Origin: Clostridiales bacterium
GTDB lineage: Bacteria; Bacillota; Clostridia; Lachnospirales; Lachnospiraceae
Direction of reading: 5' to 3'
DNA: 64,000 bases
Assembly (NCBI GenBank): GCA_029007845.1
Contig: JAQXIP010000009.1
Span: 6,648 to 70,647, forward strand
In this document: positions 1 to 8,492 of the stretch, piece by piece
Layout of the letters: every line of letters begins with the position of its first letter
How positions within the stretch are numbered: position 1 is the stretch's first letter
Notes under the pieces: model-generated
Seen by the model: only the letters and a program-made list of their open reading frames with translations
What the model was told of the DNA's origin: nothing
Databases searched by the model: none
Position numbers and translations under genes: made by a program

Positions 1-50
1 CAGCCAATCAGGGTAATGTAGGCAACAATGCCTGTTGTCTTTTTGTCCAT
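1..50 (-). CDS. 5' end of a membrane-protein gene running off the window (MDKKTTGIVAYITLIGW...)
   Basis: ATG at 50-48 on the minus strand with GGAGG (63-67, minus) upstream. Only 16 codons are visible, and a hydrophobic helix is beginning. Confidence 0.3.
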   Translation of the reverse strand, partial: MDKKTTGIVAYITLIG

Positions 51-142
51 AGCGTTTCTTTTCCTCCGTTTGTATAATCATTTCTAAGTTCCTTCCTTAT
101 CATATTAGAAGAAGTTGGAAAAGTCAATAGGCAACTGTATAC

Positions 143-171
143 TTGACAGCATTTCGAGACAAGAGTAAGAT
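143..171 (+). promoter_or_regulatory. Candidate sigma-A promoter of ilvE (TTGACA-17-TAAGAT)
   Basis: TTGACA at 143-148, a 17-nt spacer, then TAAGAT at 166-171, about 40 nt upstream of the ilvE start. Confidence 0.45.
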
Positions 172-213
172 GTGTGTAAAGAACAAACTAATAAAGGAAA
201 GGAAGTACATATC

Positions 214-1239
214 ATGGAGAAAAAAGCGATTGACTGGGCAAATCTTGGTTTCGGTTATATGAAAACCGACAAACGATTTGTATCGAATTATGTGAATGGA
301 GCATGGGATGATGGAATTTTGACGGAGGATGACACCGTAACCATCAGTGAGTGTGCCTGTGTACTTCAGTATGCACAGACCTGTTTTGAAGGACTGAAAG
401 CGTATACAACCGAAGATGGTCATATTGTAACGTTCCGTCCAGACTTAAACGCAGAACGGATGGAGAATACCGCAAAGCGTCTTGAGATGCCGGTATTCCC
501 AAAAGAGCGTTTTGTTGATGCTGTGTCACAGACGGTAAAGGCAAATGCAGCTTATGTACCACCATATGGTTCTGGTGCAACGCTGTATATACGCCCATAT
601 ATGTTTGGAAGCAATGCGGTTATTGGTGTAAAACCAGCAGAAGAATATCAGTTCCGCGTGTTTACAACGCCGGTTGGTCCTTACTTTAAAGGAGGCGCAA
701 AGCCAATAACGATTAAAATCTCGGACTTCGACCGGGCAGCGCCTCATGGTACCGGTCATATCAAGGCTGGATTAAACTACGCCATGAGCCTTCATGCAAT
801 TGTAACAGCGCATAAGGAAGGATATGACGAGAATATGTATCTGGATGCAGCAACCAGAACAAAAGTGGAAGAAACCGGTGGTGCCAACTTTATTTTCGTA
901 ACAAAAGATAACAAAGTTGTTACACCAAAATCTAACAGCATTCTTCCATCAATTACCCGTCGTTCTCTTATGACCGTTGCAAAGGATTATCTGGGACTGG
1001 AAGTAGAAGAGCGGGAAGTATACCTCGAAGAAGTAAAAGACTTTGCAGAATGTGGTCTTTGTGGTACGGCTGCCGTAATCTCACCGGTTGGCAAGATTGT
1101 GGATCACGGTAAAGAAATCTGCCTTCCAAGTGGAATGAATGAAATGGGACCAATTACGAAGAAGCTGTATGATACCTTAACCGGAATTCAGATGGGACAC
1201 ATTGAGGCACCAGAAGGCTGGATTCATGTGATTGAATAA
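214..1239 (+). CDS. ilvE: Branched-chain amino acid aminotransferase (fold-type IV)
   Basis: 341 aa from ATG 214, with RBS AAAGGAAAGGAAG upstream. Motifs FEGLKAY, LYIRPY, GTGHIKAGLNYA and ETGGANFIF are typical of IlvE. The track start at 172 lacks an RBS. Confidence 0.9.
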   Translation: MEKKAIDWANLGFGYMKTDKRFVSNYVNGAWDDGILTEDDTVTISECACVLQYAQTCFEGLKAYTTEDGHIVTFRPDLNAERMENTAKRLEMPVFPKERFVDAVSQTVKANAAYVPPYGSGATLYIRPYMFGSNAVIGVKPAEEYQFRVFTTPVGPYFKGGAKPITIKISDFDRAAPHGTGHIKAGLNYAMSLHAIVTAHKEGYDENMYLDAATRTKVEETGGANFIFVTKDNKVVTPKSNSILPSITRRSLMTVAKDYLGLEVEEREVYLEEVKDFAECGLCGTAAVISPVGKIVDHGKEICLPSGMNEMGPITKKLYDTLTGIQMGHIEAPEGWIHVIE

Positions 1240-1260
1240 GCAGTTTTGTAATGACAGCAT

Positions 1261-1297
1261 AAAAAACTTCGCACAGATTTCATGTGCGGAGTTTTTT
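1261..1297. terminator. Bidirectional intrinsic terminator between convergent ilvE and the EamA gene
   Basis: AAAAAACTTCGCACA / GTGCGGAGTTTTTT stem with A and T runs on both sides. It overlaps the stop codon of the minus-strand gene. Confidence 0.6.
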
Positions 1298-2155
1298 GTT
1301 ATGAAGAAAAGTCCAGACTGCCATGGATAAGATGATGATATACCCAGCAATGCTCAGATGATCCGGAACCTGGTCAAATAGAAAGAATCCTAGCAGTGCG
1401 GCAAACAGAATCTGGGAATAGTCATATACCGAGATTTCTTTGGCCGGAGCGTGGAAATATGCCGCTGTAATGGCAAACTGTCCACCGGAAGCGGCCAGTC
1501 CTGCGCCAAGAAGAATGAGAAGCTGCCGCAGTGTCATAGGGGTATAAGACAGCAAGACAAAAGGGAGACAGAACAGGCAGGAGAAAGCGGAAAAAAAGAA
1601 CACAACAAAAGGTCCTTTCTGCCCCCGCTGTCCAAGAATCCGCACAAACGTGTAGGCAGCGCCTGCTCCAATTCCGCCTAACAGGCCAATCAGGGCAGGA
1701 AGGCAGACAATGCTTTGAAAGGAAGGTTTAATAATCAAAAGACTTCCAAGAAACGCAAGGATGACGGCAATAAGCTGTACCGGATCCAGTTTTTCTTTTA
1801 ATAACAGATAGGAAAACAAAATCGCAAAAAAAGGGGACATTTTATTCAGCATGGAGGCATCGGATAGTACCAGATGATCAATCGCATAGAAATTGCATAA
1901 AATCCCCAGAGTTCCACAGATGGATCGAAGAAGCAGGTATTTTAGATTTCCTTTTGGAATGATAAAATTTTTTTTGTCTTTCAACAGAACAAACAAGGCA
2001 AAGAAAACTGCCACCAGATTCCGGAAAAAGCTTTTCTGCACAGAAGGAAGATCCCCTGCCATACGGACACAGGTACTCATCAGGGCAAAACAGAATGCGG
2101 ACAGTATAATATAGAGAATCCCTTTGTGGGTTTCTTTTATCGGTAAACGTTTCAT
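1280..2155 (-). CDS. EamA/DMT-superfamily transporter
   Basis: 291 aa with about 10 predicted TM helices arranged as two EamA-like halves. Confidence 0.75.
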   Translation of the reverse strand: MKRLPIKETHKGILYIILSAFCFALMSTCVRMAGDLPSVQKSFFRNLVAVFFALFVLLKDKKNFIIPKGNLKYLLLRSICGTLGILCNFYAIDHLVLSDASMLNKMSPFFAILFSYLLLKEKLDPVQLIAVILAFLGSLLIIKPSFQSIVCLPALIGLLGGIGAGAAYTFVRILGQRGQKGPFVVFFFSAFSCLFCLPFVLLSYTPMTLRQLLILLGAGLAASGGQFAITAAYFHAPAKEISVYDYSQILFAALLGFFLFDQVPDHLSIAGYIIILSMAVWTFLHNKKLRT

Positions 2156-2290
2156 AAGAAGGATCCCTTTCTTTAAAATATTCTCAGATTATAGAATACC
2201 CCATCTGATTTAAAATAACAACCGGTATATTTTGAATAGGTTTCAAAGGAGTGGGAATACTGTAAGAAAGAAAATGAGGAGGAATGACGT

Positions 2291-3106
2291 TTGGTTATTG
2301 ATTTTCATACCCATATTTTCCCGGAGAATGTATCCGGTCATGCGGTAACGAAGCTGGAACAGTCGGGAAAATTAAAGGCTTATACGGATGCCACAGTTGA
2401 TGGATTGCTGTATTCCATGAGGGAAGCCGGAATCGATCTCTCTGTACTATTGCCAGTCGTGACAAGACTGGAGCAATTTGATACGGTAAACCGTTATGCC
2501 GTAAAATGGAACCGGCTTCCGGGAATCTGCTCTTTTGGCGGAATCCATCCAAAAGATCCAAACTGCCGCTATCATTTAAAAGAGATTTCCAGAATGGGTC
2601 TTAAGGGAATCAAGCTACATCCGGACTTTCAACAGACGTATATTGACGATATTTCTTATATCCGGTTAATCAGCCAGGCATTAGACGAAGGGTTGTACAT
2701 AGCCATCCATGCAGGGCTGGATGCCGCATATCCGGACTGTATCCATGCAACCCCGGAGCGGATTTGTCATATGCTAAATGAAACCGGGATACTTGGCAGC
2801 CATTCAAAAGAAATGAGAAAAATCATTCTTGCCCATATGGGCGGATTTGCCTGCTGGGATCAGGTATCGGAACTGTTATCCACGGAAGAAGTCTATGTGG
2901 ATACCAGCTTTGCCTTTGACTATCTGCCCGAAGAAAAGTTTGTAGAACTGATTAAAAAACATGGCTCTGACAGGGTATTATTTGGAACTGATTCCCCTTG
3001 GCAGAGCCAGAAAGAAAGCCTTCAAAAATTCCAGATGCTTCCCCTTTCCAGCGAGGAAAAAGAAAATATTCTGTATAAAAATGCCTGGAGTATATTAGGC
3101 TCATAA
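2291..3106 (+). CDS. Amidohydrolase-family metal-dependent hydrolase (TIM barrel)
   Basis: N-terminal DFHTHIFP (HxH metal motif), later HPDFQ, ILAHMGG and FGTDSPW. TTG start as given in the track. Confidence 0.65.
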   Translation: MVIDFHTHIFPENVSGHAVTKLEQSGKLKAYTDATVDGLLYSMREAGIDLSVLLPVVTRLEQFDTVNRYAVKWNRLPGICSFGGIHPKDPNCRYHLKEISRMGLKGIKLHPDFQQTYIDDISYIRLISQALDEGLYIAIHAGLDAAYPDCIHATPERICHMLNETGILGSHSKEMRKIILAHMGGFACWDQVSELLSTEEVYVDTSFAFDYLPEEKFVELIKKHGSDRVLFGTDSPWQSQKESLQKFQMLPLSSEEKENILYKNAWSILGS

Positions 3107-3133
3107 TGAGAACAATATCCTAAACAGGAAGGG

Positions 3134-4735
3134 TTATCCCCACAGATAATAATTGCTTTCATAAAAGATCTGTTTGGAAGGAAGGGCAAGCCATCCGGTC
3201 TTTCCGGCACTGTTCTCCAGTTTGATATAGAGCGAACCGTTTTGCTGGTATACGCCCTGCAGAAAGCAGGCGCTGCCCGGTTTCAAAGTAAAGGCTGTTT
3301 TCGTGCTGTTTATTCCAGTCTTTACGGAAAGCTTGACAAGAGGAGTATAGCGGTTCCCTCTCCAGTTATTGTCGGTAAGGCAGGTTCCATTCAGCAAGGT
3401 AAGCTCACTGCTTTCACTGCCAAGCAGTGCCAGGTCTGCGCTGCATTGGTACATTCCAAGATATTCCGAAGGATACGGCGTGTCGATGTAGTACCGGAAG
3501 TGCTGGTTCTTTGTAATGCCAGCCAGGGTAGCTCGGATAAATCCGGCATTTTCCGGTACCTTTGCATATTCCGTTAAATGACTGCCGTCATATCGGTAAA
3601 AAACACTGCATTCCGTGACATCATTGTATCCGGTAGATTCTACATAAAGTTCTTTATAGGAATCCTCCGGGTTGATATCCACAAGATAAACTTCTCGGTT
3701 CATGCCGCAGTCAATGGTTATTTTCTGATCGTCTACCTGAAGCTTTAGTTTATAGATTTCATCTTTTTCATTGGATGAAGATTTCCAGTAGATTAATTCG
3801 TGCATTCCATCGCCGTCCAGATCCTCTTTAATCTTCGTATCTTCGGCAAGGCCGACTGGTTTTACAAGAGAGGTATCCGCATCGGTTACCGTTACAACAC
3901 ACTGGTAAGTCTGGTTTCCTACTGTGGCACTAATTGTTGTACTGCCTGCCTTCTTTCCGGTAATAATACCTTCTTTCCGTTCAGCATCACTTTTAAAATA
4001 AGCGACAGACTTTTTTTTGCTGGCAAAATGGATTTCGGAATCCGTTGTTAAAAACATTGGCAGGCGGATGGATTCGCCTACGGATACCGTAAACTCATTT
4101 TTGGAAAAACCAGGTGACAAAAGACCGATCACATTGGTGTGGTCAAGAGGAACTGTGTACAGTTTTTTTATGGCGTAATTCTTTTGAAAAGACTGGTATT
4201 CCTTTGTACTGATCTTTGATCCATTCAGGGTATATACGGTTTTTCCGTTAATCTGGCTGGAATTTAATTTGTATTTGGAAGTAAGCTTTCCGTTCTTTAA
4301 TGTGTAATAGGTATAATTAAAAACGGAGTCCGAAGAAAAGTAGTAACGGCATACCAGGTTTTTCGCAGAACAGAAGGCATAGTATTGTTTTTTGGAAGTT
4401 TTGGACACTAACGTCACTTTCCCGTTCAGATAGGTATACAGCCGGTCAGAACTGCCAAGAGAAATGAGAAGCTCCGGAAGTCCGTCCTGATCCATATCTT
4501 TTATGCCGATTTTGGCAGTGGAATCCTTCCCCCCGGCATTGGCAGCTGCAAGATTCCATTTGTTTTCATTTTTCAGTAAATAGCTGATATAAGCCTGTTT
4601 TACATCCGAGACCGTAACGGTTGTGGCAGCGCTGGCAGTCTGGACACCCTGGGTCGGCAATGGATTGGTAATTCCGATACTTAACGAACAAGTAAAAGCA
4701 AGGAACAGCGAGAGTGGTTTCTTAAAATTCAGCAT
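3134..4735 (-). CDS. Secreted protein with FG-GAP/VCBS-like Ca-binding motifs, a Big_2-like Ig domain and an SH3b-like C-terminus
   Basis: Signal peptide MLNFKKPLSLFLAFTCSLSIG from the internal ATG at 4735. Motifs DMDQDGLPELL and DLDGDGMHELI, plus a Big_2-like stretch FTVSVGESIRL...ATVGNQTYQCVVTV. Confidence 0.55.
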   Translation of the reverse strand: MLNFKKPLSLFLAFTCSLSIGITNPLPTQGVQTASAATTVTVSDVKQAYISYLLKNENKWNLAAANAGGKDSTAKIGIKDMDQDGLPELLISLGSSDRLYTYLNGKVTLVSKTSKKQYYAFCSAKNLVCRYYFSSDSVFNYTYYTLKNGKLTSKYKLNSSQINGKTVYTLNGSKISTKEYQSFQKNYAIKKLYTVPLDHTNVIGLLSPGFSKNEFTVSVGESIRLPMFLTTDSEIHFASKKKSVAYFKSDAERKEGIITGKKAGSTTISATVGNQTYQCVVTVTDADTSLVKPVGLAEDTKIKEDLDGDGMHELIYWKSSSNEKDEIYKLKLQVDDQKITIDCGMNREVYLVDINPEDSYKELYVESTGYNDVTECSVFYRYDGSHLTEYAKVPENAGFIRATLAGITKNQHFRYYIDTPYPSEYLGMYQCSADLALLGSESSELTLLNGTCLTDNNWRGNRYTPLVKLSVKTGINSTKTAFTLKPGSACFLQGVYQQNGSLYIKLENSAGKTGWLALPSKQIFYESNYYLWG

Positions 4736-4902
4736 AATACATTCCCCTTTTTTGTGATAGTTTCGTATCTTAAGTTTATGTTTTTTATGGGCGGTTGTCA
4801 ATGGCTTTTCATCGGCAAAACAATCGTGCCGGTTTCGACGTGGGACTTGATTTTTTAAAAAAAAGTAACTATGCTTAAAGGGAAGAATGAAAGAAAGAAG
4901 GA

Positions 4903-6267
4903 ATGAATGTCATGGAAATTGATATGACAACTGGAAAACCGGCTCCGAAGCTGTGGGCTTTTTCACTGCCCCTGTTGTTCAGTGTTATGTTTCAGCAGCT
5001 TTACAGTATTATTGACAGTGTGGTGGCAGGAAAATTTGCAGGAAAGGATGCCTTGGCAGCCGTCGGTGCATCGTACCCGGTTACGATGCTGTTTCTAGCC
5101 TTTGCCACAGGCGCCAATATTGGCTGCTCGGTCATTGTATCCCAGTATTTTGGGGCAAAGAAATACCAGTCTATGAAAACGGGGATATACACATCGCTTA
5201 TCAGCATCTCTGTGTTAAGTGTAGTGCTTACCGTAATAGGGAGCATATGCTGTGACGGGCTGATTGGAATGCTTGGAACACCGGAGTCTATTTTTTCCGA
5301 TTCTTCTTTGTATCTTAGAATCTATATATGGGGACTGTTCTTTTTATTCTTATATAATATTGCAACCGGAATTTTTACCGCCATGGGAGATTCCAGAACG
5401 CCGCTTTATTTTCTGATTGCTTCATCCATTGCGAATATAATTCTGGATTATGTTTTTGTTGCAGTCTGTAAGATGGGGGTTGCAGGTGTTGCCTGGGCAA
5501 CGTTTCTCTGCCAGGGAGTAGCAGCGGTGTGTTCTGTGGCTGCATTGTTATTACGAATCCCCCAATTTAAAGAAAAAAGCCAGAAAAAACAGAACCTGTT
5601 TTCCTGGCAGATGCTAAAAAAAATAAGTCTTGTTGCGATTCCAAGCATTCTGCAGCAGAGCTTTATCTCCATCGGAAACCTGTTTATCCAGTGGGAAGTA
5701 AACAGCTATGACACGAATGTAATTGCAGCTTATACGTCTGCTGTGAAGTTAAACACCTTTGTCATTACCAGTCTGACGACCCTTGCCAACGGACTGTCCA
5801 ATTATACGGCTCAGAATATGGGGGCAAAAAAGCCGGAAAGGATTCCACTTGGTTTCCGGGTAGCGCTCATCATGGTTCTAATGGTCTGCATTCCGATTGT
5901 CTTTTTGTACTGTGCATTTGGATCATCGGTAATTGGGATCTTTCTGGATAAGGAGGAACAGGTTGCGGCTGTTATAAAAGAGGGCGTGCTGTTCCTTCGT
6001 ATCGTATCTCCATTTTATTTTGTGATAGCACTGAAGCTTATGGCAGATGGAGTTCTGCGTGGAAGCGGTGCAATGCGCTATTTTATGATTAGCACATTTA
6101 CTGATTTGATTCTGAGAGTGATCCTGTCCTATCTGTTCTCTGTTGTATGTGGTCTTGGTTCTGTTGGAATCTGGTTTTCCTGGCCGGTGGGCTGGAGCGC
6201 AGGAGCGGCTCTGTCTCTTTGGTTTTATAAAGGAGGACATTGGAAGGAGATGTATCTTGCGGCATAA
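4903..6267 (+). CDS. MATE-family efflux transporter
   Basis: 454 aa with 12 TM helices. The N-terminus KLWAFSLPLLFSVMFQQLYSIIDSVVAGKF is typical of the MATE (NorM/DinF) family. Confidence 0.85.
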   Translation: MNVMEIDMTTGKPAPKLWAFSLPLLFSVMFQQLYSIIDSVVAGKFAGKDALAAVGASYPVTMLFLAFATGANIGCSVIVSQYFGAKKYQSMKTGIYTSLISISVLSVVLTVIGSICCDGLIGMLGTPESIFSDSSLYLRIYIWGLFFLFLYNIATGIFTAMGDSRTPLYFLIASSIANIILDYVFVAVCKMGVAGVAWATFLCQGVAAVCSVAALLLRIPQFKEKSQKKQNLFSWQMLKKISLVAIPSILQQSFISIGNLFIQWEVNSYDTNVIAAYTSAVKLNTFVITSLTTLANGLSNYTAQNMGAKKPERIPLGFRVALIMVLMVCIPIVFLYCAFGSSVIGIFLDKEEQVAAVIKEGVLFLRIVSPFYFVIALKLMADGVLRGSGAMRYFMISTFTDLILRVILSYLFSVVCGLGSVGIWFSWPVGWSAGAALSLWFYKGGHWKEMYLAA

Positions 6268-6533
6268 GTATCCACACATGCCATTCCCATGGCAAATACC
6301 ATGAGAAGGCAGATGATAAAGATTGCAGCAAAATCATACCGGAATGAAACATCCTTTGTCCTGATACTGGCTGTCAGGATCTCACAGCCTAAAAGAATGA
6401 ATACGATTGGCCATAACCGGAAGACAAACAGGTAATCCAGAGATGGAAAAAACTGATGCAGGCCAAACAGAATTCCGAAAACGATAAGGGAAAGACCAAG
6501 GGTAAAGGTACCGACACGGCGTTCTTTTTTCAT
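6225..6533 (-). CDS. Small membrane protein (LiaF-N-terminal-like, 3 TM)
   Basis: 102 aa, hydrophobic. Its start overlaps the stop of the upstream gene by ATGA (6530-6533). Last gene of the ECF sigma operon. Confidence 0.5.
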   Translation of the reverse strand: MKKERRVGTFTLGLSLIVFGILFGLHQFFPSLDYLFVFRLWPIVFILLGCEILTASIRTKDVSFRYDFAAIFIICLLMVFAMGMACVDTYAARYISFQCPPL

Positions 6534-7090
6534 GATGGGTCTCCTTTCCCGGATTTTTCCTCCTCATCCTGCATCAGTTCCTTATTTTTGGCGGCAATCA
6601 GGTGAATGCCAAGCCAGATCAGGGCAATTGACAGAATCAATTGTGGAAAGACGGATGTGATGTGTCTTAAGTAGTAACCGAGGTATGGAATCCCTAGTCT
6701 TGTAAACAGGTCACTGACGTTTTGTAAAAGCCAGATAATCCCGAACAGAATGGTAAGGACGGCAAAAGGGATCCGGTAGCCCTGCAGGTTAAAATGCTGT
6801 GGCAGCTCGGCGTTGTCTGGCATCAGAAAACCATCGGACAGGTTGTGATATGTTTCGTCTGGCATGCCATTGATATTGAGTGCATCAAAAAAGCTGAAAA
6901 ACCATAGTACCGGAATCAGGAATAATAAAAATTCCAGATTCAGGGAGCCGGCAATAGCGATTATGCCGGAGAAGAGCAAAAGCAGGCTGCTTCCCCGTTT
7001 TAAAAAGCCGAGATACATCTGTCCTGCACCGGGGATGCAGGAAAAACAAAAGGTTAGAAAACGGTTTTTTCTGTGTGTGTTCGTGTTCAT
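6530..7090 (-). CDS. Polytopic membrane protein of the ECF sigma operon
   Basis: 186 aa with 4-5 TM helices, N-terminal CIPGAGQMYLGF motif and an acidic C-terminal tail. It lies 15 nt downstream of the anti-sigma gene. Confidence 0.5.
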   Translation of the reverse strand: MNTNTHRKNRFLTFCFSCIPGAGQMYLGFLKRGSSLLLLFSGIIAIAGSLNLEFLLFLIPVLWFFSFFDALNINGMPDETYHNLSDGFLMPDNAELPQHFNLQGYRIPFAVLTILFGIIWLLQNVSDLFTRLGIPYLGYYLRHITSVFPQLILSIALIWLGIHLIAAKNKELMQDEEEKSGKGDPS

Positions 7091-7105
7091 AATTATTCCT
7101 CCATA

Positions 7106-7549
7106 TTATTTTTCTTCTTTCTGGGACGGTTCATCCCAGTATAGATCGTTCCAGGTGTTCAGAGCGGCAGTAATCATCTCTGTTTTTTCATAAATTTTAG
7201 CAGCAATGTGGTAGTCTTTCTTTGGCGCATCTCTGGTCTGGGATGGCAAAGTGATCTGAAAAACCAGAAGAATGGATAGAACCACACCGACGGTTACCCG
7301 GCAGCCATAAGCCAGTAACTCCATATGTTTTTGGAAATGAGGCAGTACATGTTTTTTTTCGGCCTGATATCGAATCTCATCCGTCAGCCCTTTTGGCGGG
7401 GAAATCATCTGTTCTTCCGGAAATCTTCCTGCCATGCAGTCTGCACAGTACGTACATTGGGCGGTATGCTCTAAAAGTTTCTGTGTGTCTTTTTCTGACA
7501 TGCTTCCATCAAAGAATGCATCCCATTGTTCTCTGGATATGTGATTCAT
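7106..7549 (-). CDS. Anti-sigma factor (zf-HC2 type, single TM)
   Basis: From the internal ATG at 7549 (MNHISREQW...). Has the Hx3Cx2C signature HTAQCTYCADC and one TM helix (VTVGVVLSILLVFQI). Its ATG overlaps the sigma-factor TGA as ATGA at 7546-7549. Confidence 0.65.
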   Translation of the reverse strand: MNHISREQWDAFFDGSMSEKDTQKLLEHTAQCTYCADCMAGRFPEEQMISPPKGLTDEIRYQAEKKHVLPHFQKHMELLAYGCRVTVGVVLSILLVFQITLPSQTRDAPKKDYHIAAKIYEKTEMITAALNTWNDLYWDEPSQKEEK

Positions 7550-8088
7550 TCCATTCCTTCCTCCTTCTTCCATAATTTTGCCAGCATGGATCTGGCCCGG
7601 TAGATTTGCGTCTGAATGGTTTTTGGCTTGCTCCCGGTTTCCAGGGCGATCTCTTTTGCTGTTTTCTCTTCGCAATAATAAGAAAGTGCTACCTGATTAT
7701 AAGGTGGTTTTAATGATTTACACAGTGTGGCGAGCTGTTCCTCCATCATGTGTTCGAGACAGTCTGTCTCCGGAGAGTGAACGGGAGGCGAGTGCTGTTC
7801 GAGTGTTTCCGATAAGGAAGGCATTGTTCTCCTTTGGGCGCGCTTCAGATAATCCAGGCATTTGTTCGTCGCAATTTTTGTAATCCATGCCCGTTCATGC
7901 TGTCCGTCAAACGAAGAAAGAGACTGGTAAGCAGATAAAAACGTTTCCTGAGTGAGATCTTCTGCTTCAAAGTAGTCGCCGGTAATCCGATAGCATATGG
8001 AAAAAATCAGTTTCTCATATTGCTCAAGCAAGTGATTCAATTGTTCCTGTGGGTTGATTTTTTCCACCTCCATTCCTCTTTCGCTCAT
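7546..8088 (-). CDS. ECF-type RNA polymerase sigma-70 family factor
   Basis: 180 aa. Region 2 (DLTQETFLSAY, ERAWITKIATNKCLDYLK) and region 4 (TAKEIALETGSKPKTIQTQIYRARSML) are both present. Confidence 0.85.
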   Translation of the reverse strand: MSERGMEVEKINPQEQLNHLLEQYEKLIFSICYRITGDYFEAEDLTQETFLSAYQSLSSFDGQHERAWITKIATNKCLDYLKRAQRRTMPSLSETLEQHSPPVHSPETDCLEHMMEEQLATLCKSLKPPYNQVALSYYCEEKTAKEIALETGSKPKTIQTQIYRARSMLAKLWKKEEGME

Positions 8089-8091
8089 TCC

Positions 8092-8164
8092 ATGATGTTG
8101 GGGTCACAATGTCATACTTTTTCATGCAAGCATGAAACGTATGACCTTTTGACCCTGGCATCAT
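8092..8164. repeat. Family-B palindromic repeat, short form (ATGAT-N4-GGGTCA ... TGACCC-N4-ATCAT)
   Basis: GGGTCACAATGTCATAC..TTCATGCAAGCATGAA..GTATGACCTTTTGACCC forms a hairpin. Related copies at 8359, 12655 and 31406. Confidence 0.7.
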
Positions 8165-8210
8165 TCCATCCTATTATAACGAAATGGATTCAAAAATGTC
8201 TTCAACATTT

Positions 8211-8319
8211 TTGCAAAAAACGCAAAACCAAGTGCCGACGTGTTCAAAGGGATATTTCATGGTACCTGGTATTCTGCGTGCTTCCGGCGGCTGTGTGCTT
8301 GTTACGGCTGAACTGTTAC
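8211..8319. mobile_element. Solo half-copy of the family-A MITE (ends ...GGCTGAACTGTTAC)
   Basis: About 109 bp that aligns by eye with either half of the 220-bp element at 50154-50373. No partner half and no flanking duplication seen. Confidence 0.65.
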
Positions 8320-8326
8320 GGGACAA

Positions 8327-8355
8327 TTGAAGAAATGCACAAAGCAGTGTATAAT
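8327..8355 (+). promoter_or_regulatory. Candidate sigma-A promoter (TTGAAG-17-TATAAT) for the aminopeptidase gene
   Basis: TTGAAG at 8327-8332, a 17-nt spacer, then TATAAT at 8350-8355. It lies between two repeat elements. Confidence 0.5.
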
Positions 8356-8358
8356 AAA

Positions 8359-8455
8359 ATGATACTAGGGTCTCAAGGTCATGCGCTTCATGCTTGCATG
8401 AAAACGCAATCCGAAGATATCATGTGGGTAAAAACAAGACCCGTAAAACATGAGA
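8359..8455. repeat. Family-B repeat, left-end fragment, in the presumed 5' UTR of the aminopeptidase gene
   Basis: ATGATACTAGGGTCTCAAGGTCATGCGCTTCATGCTTGCATGAAAA...GACCCGTAAAACATGAGA. Both the terminus and the flank match the copy at 31406-31485. Confidence 0.6.
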
Positions 8456-8492
8456 TAGTAGAATCAATAAGAAGAAAGAAGGAAAACAGGAT

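Noticed and set aside
8092-8455. A possible CRISPR array, suggested by recurring palindromic repeats at 8.1, 12.5, 31.4 and 50.2 kb.
   Set aside because: The repeats are not regularly spaced, have no unique spacers of constant length, occur singly or as inverted pairs at dispersed loci, and no cas genes are present.
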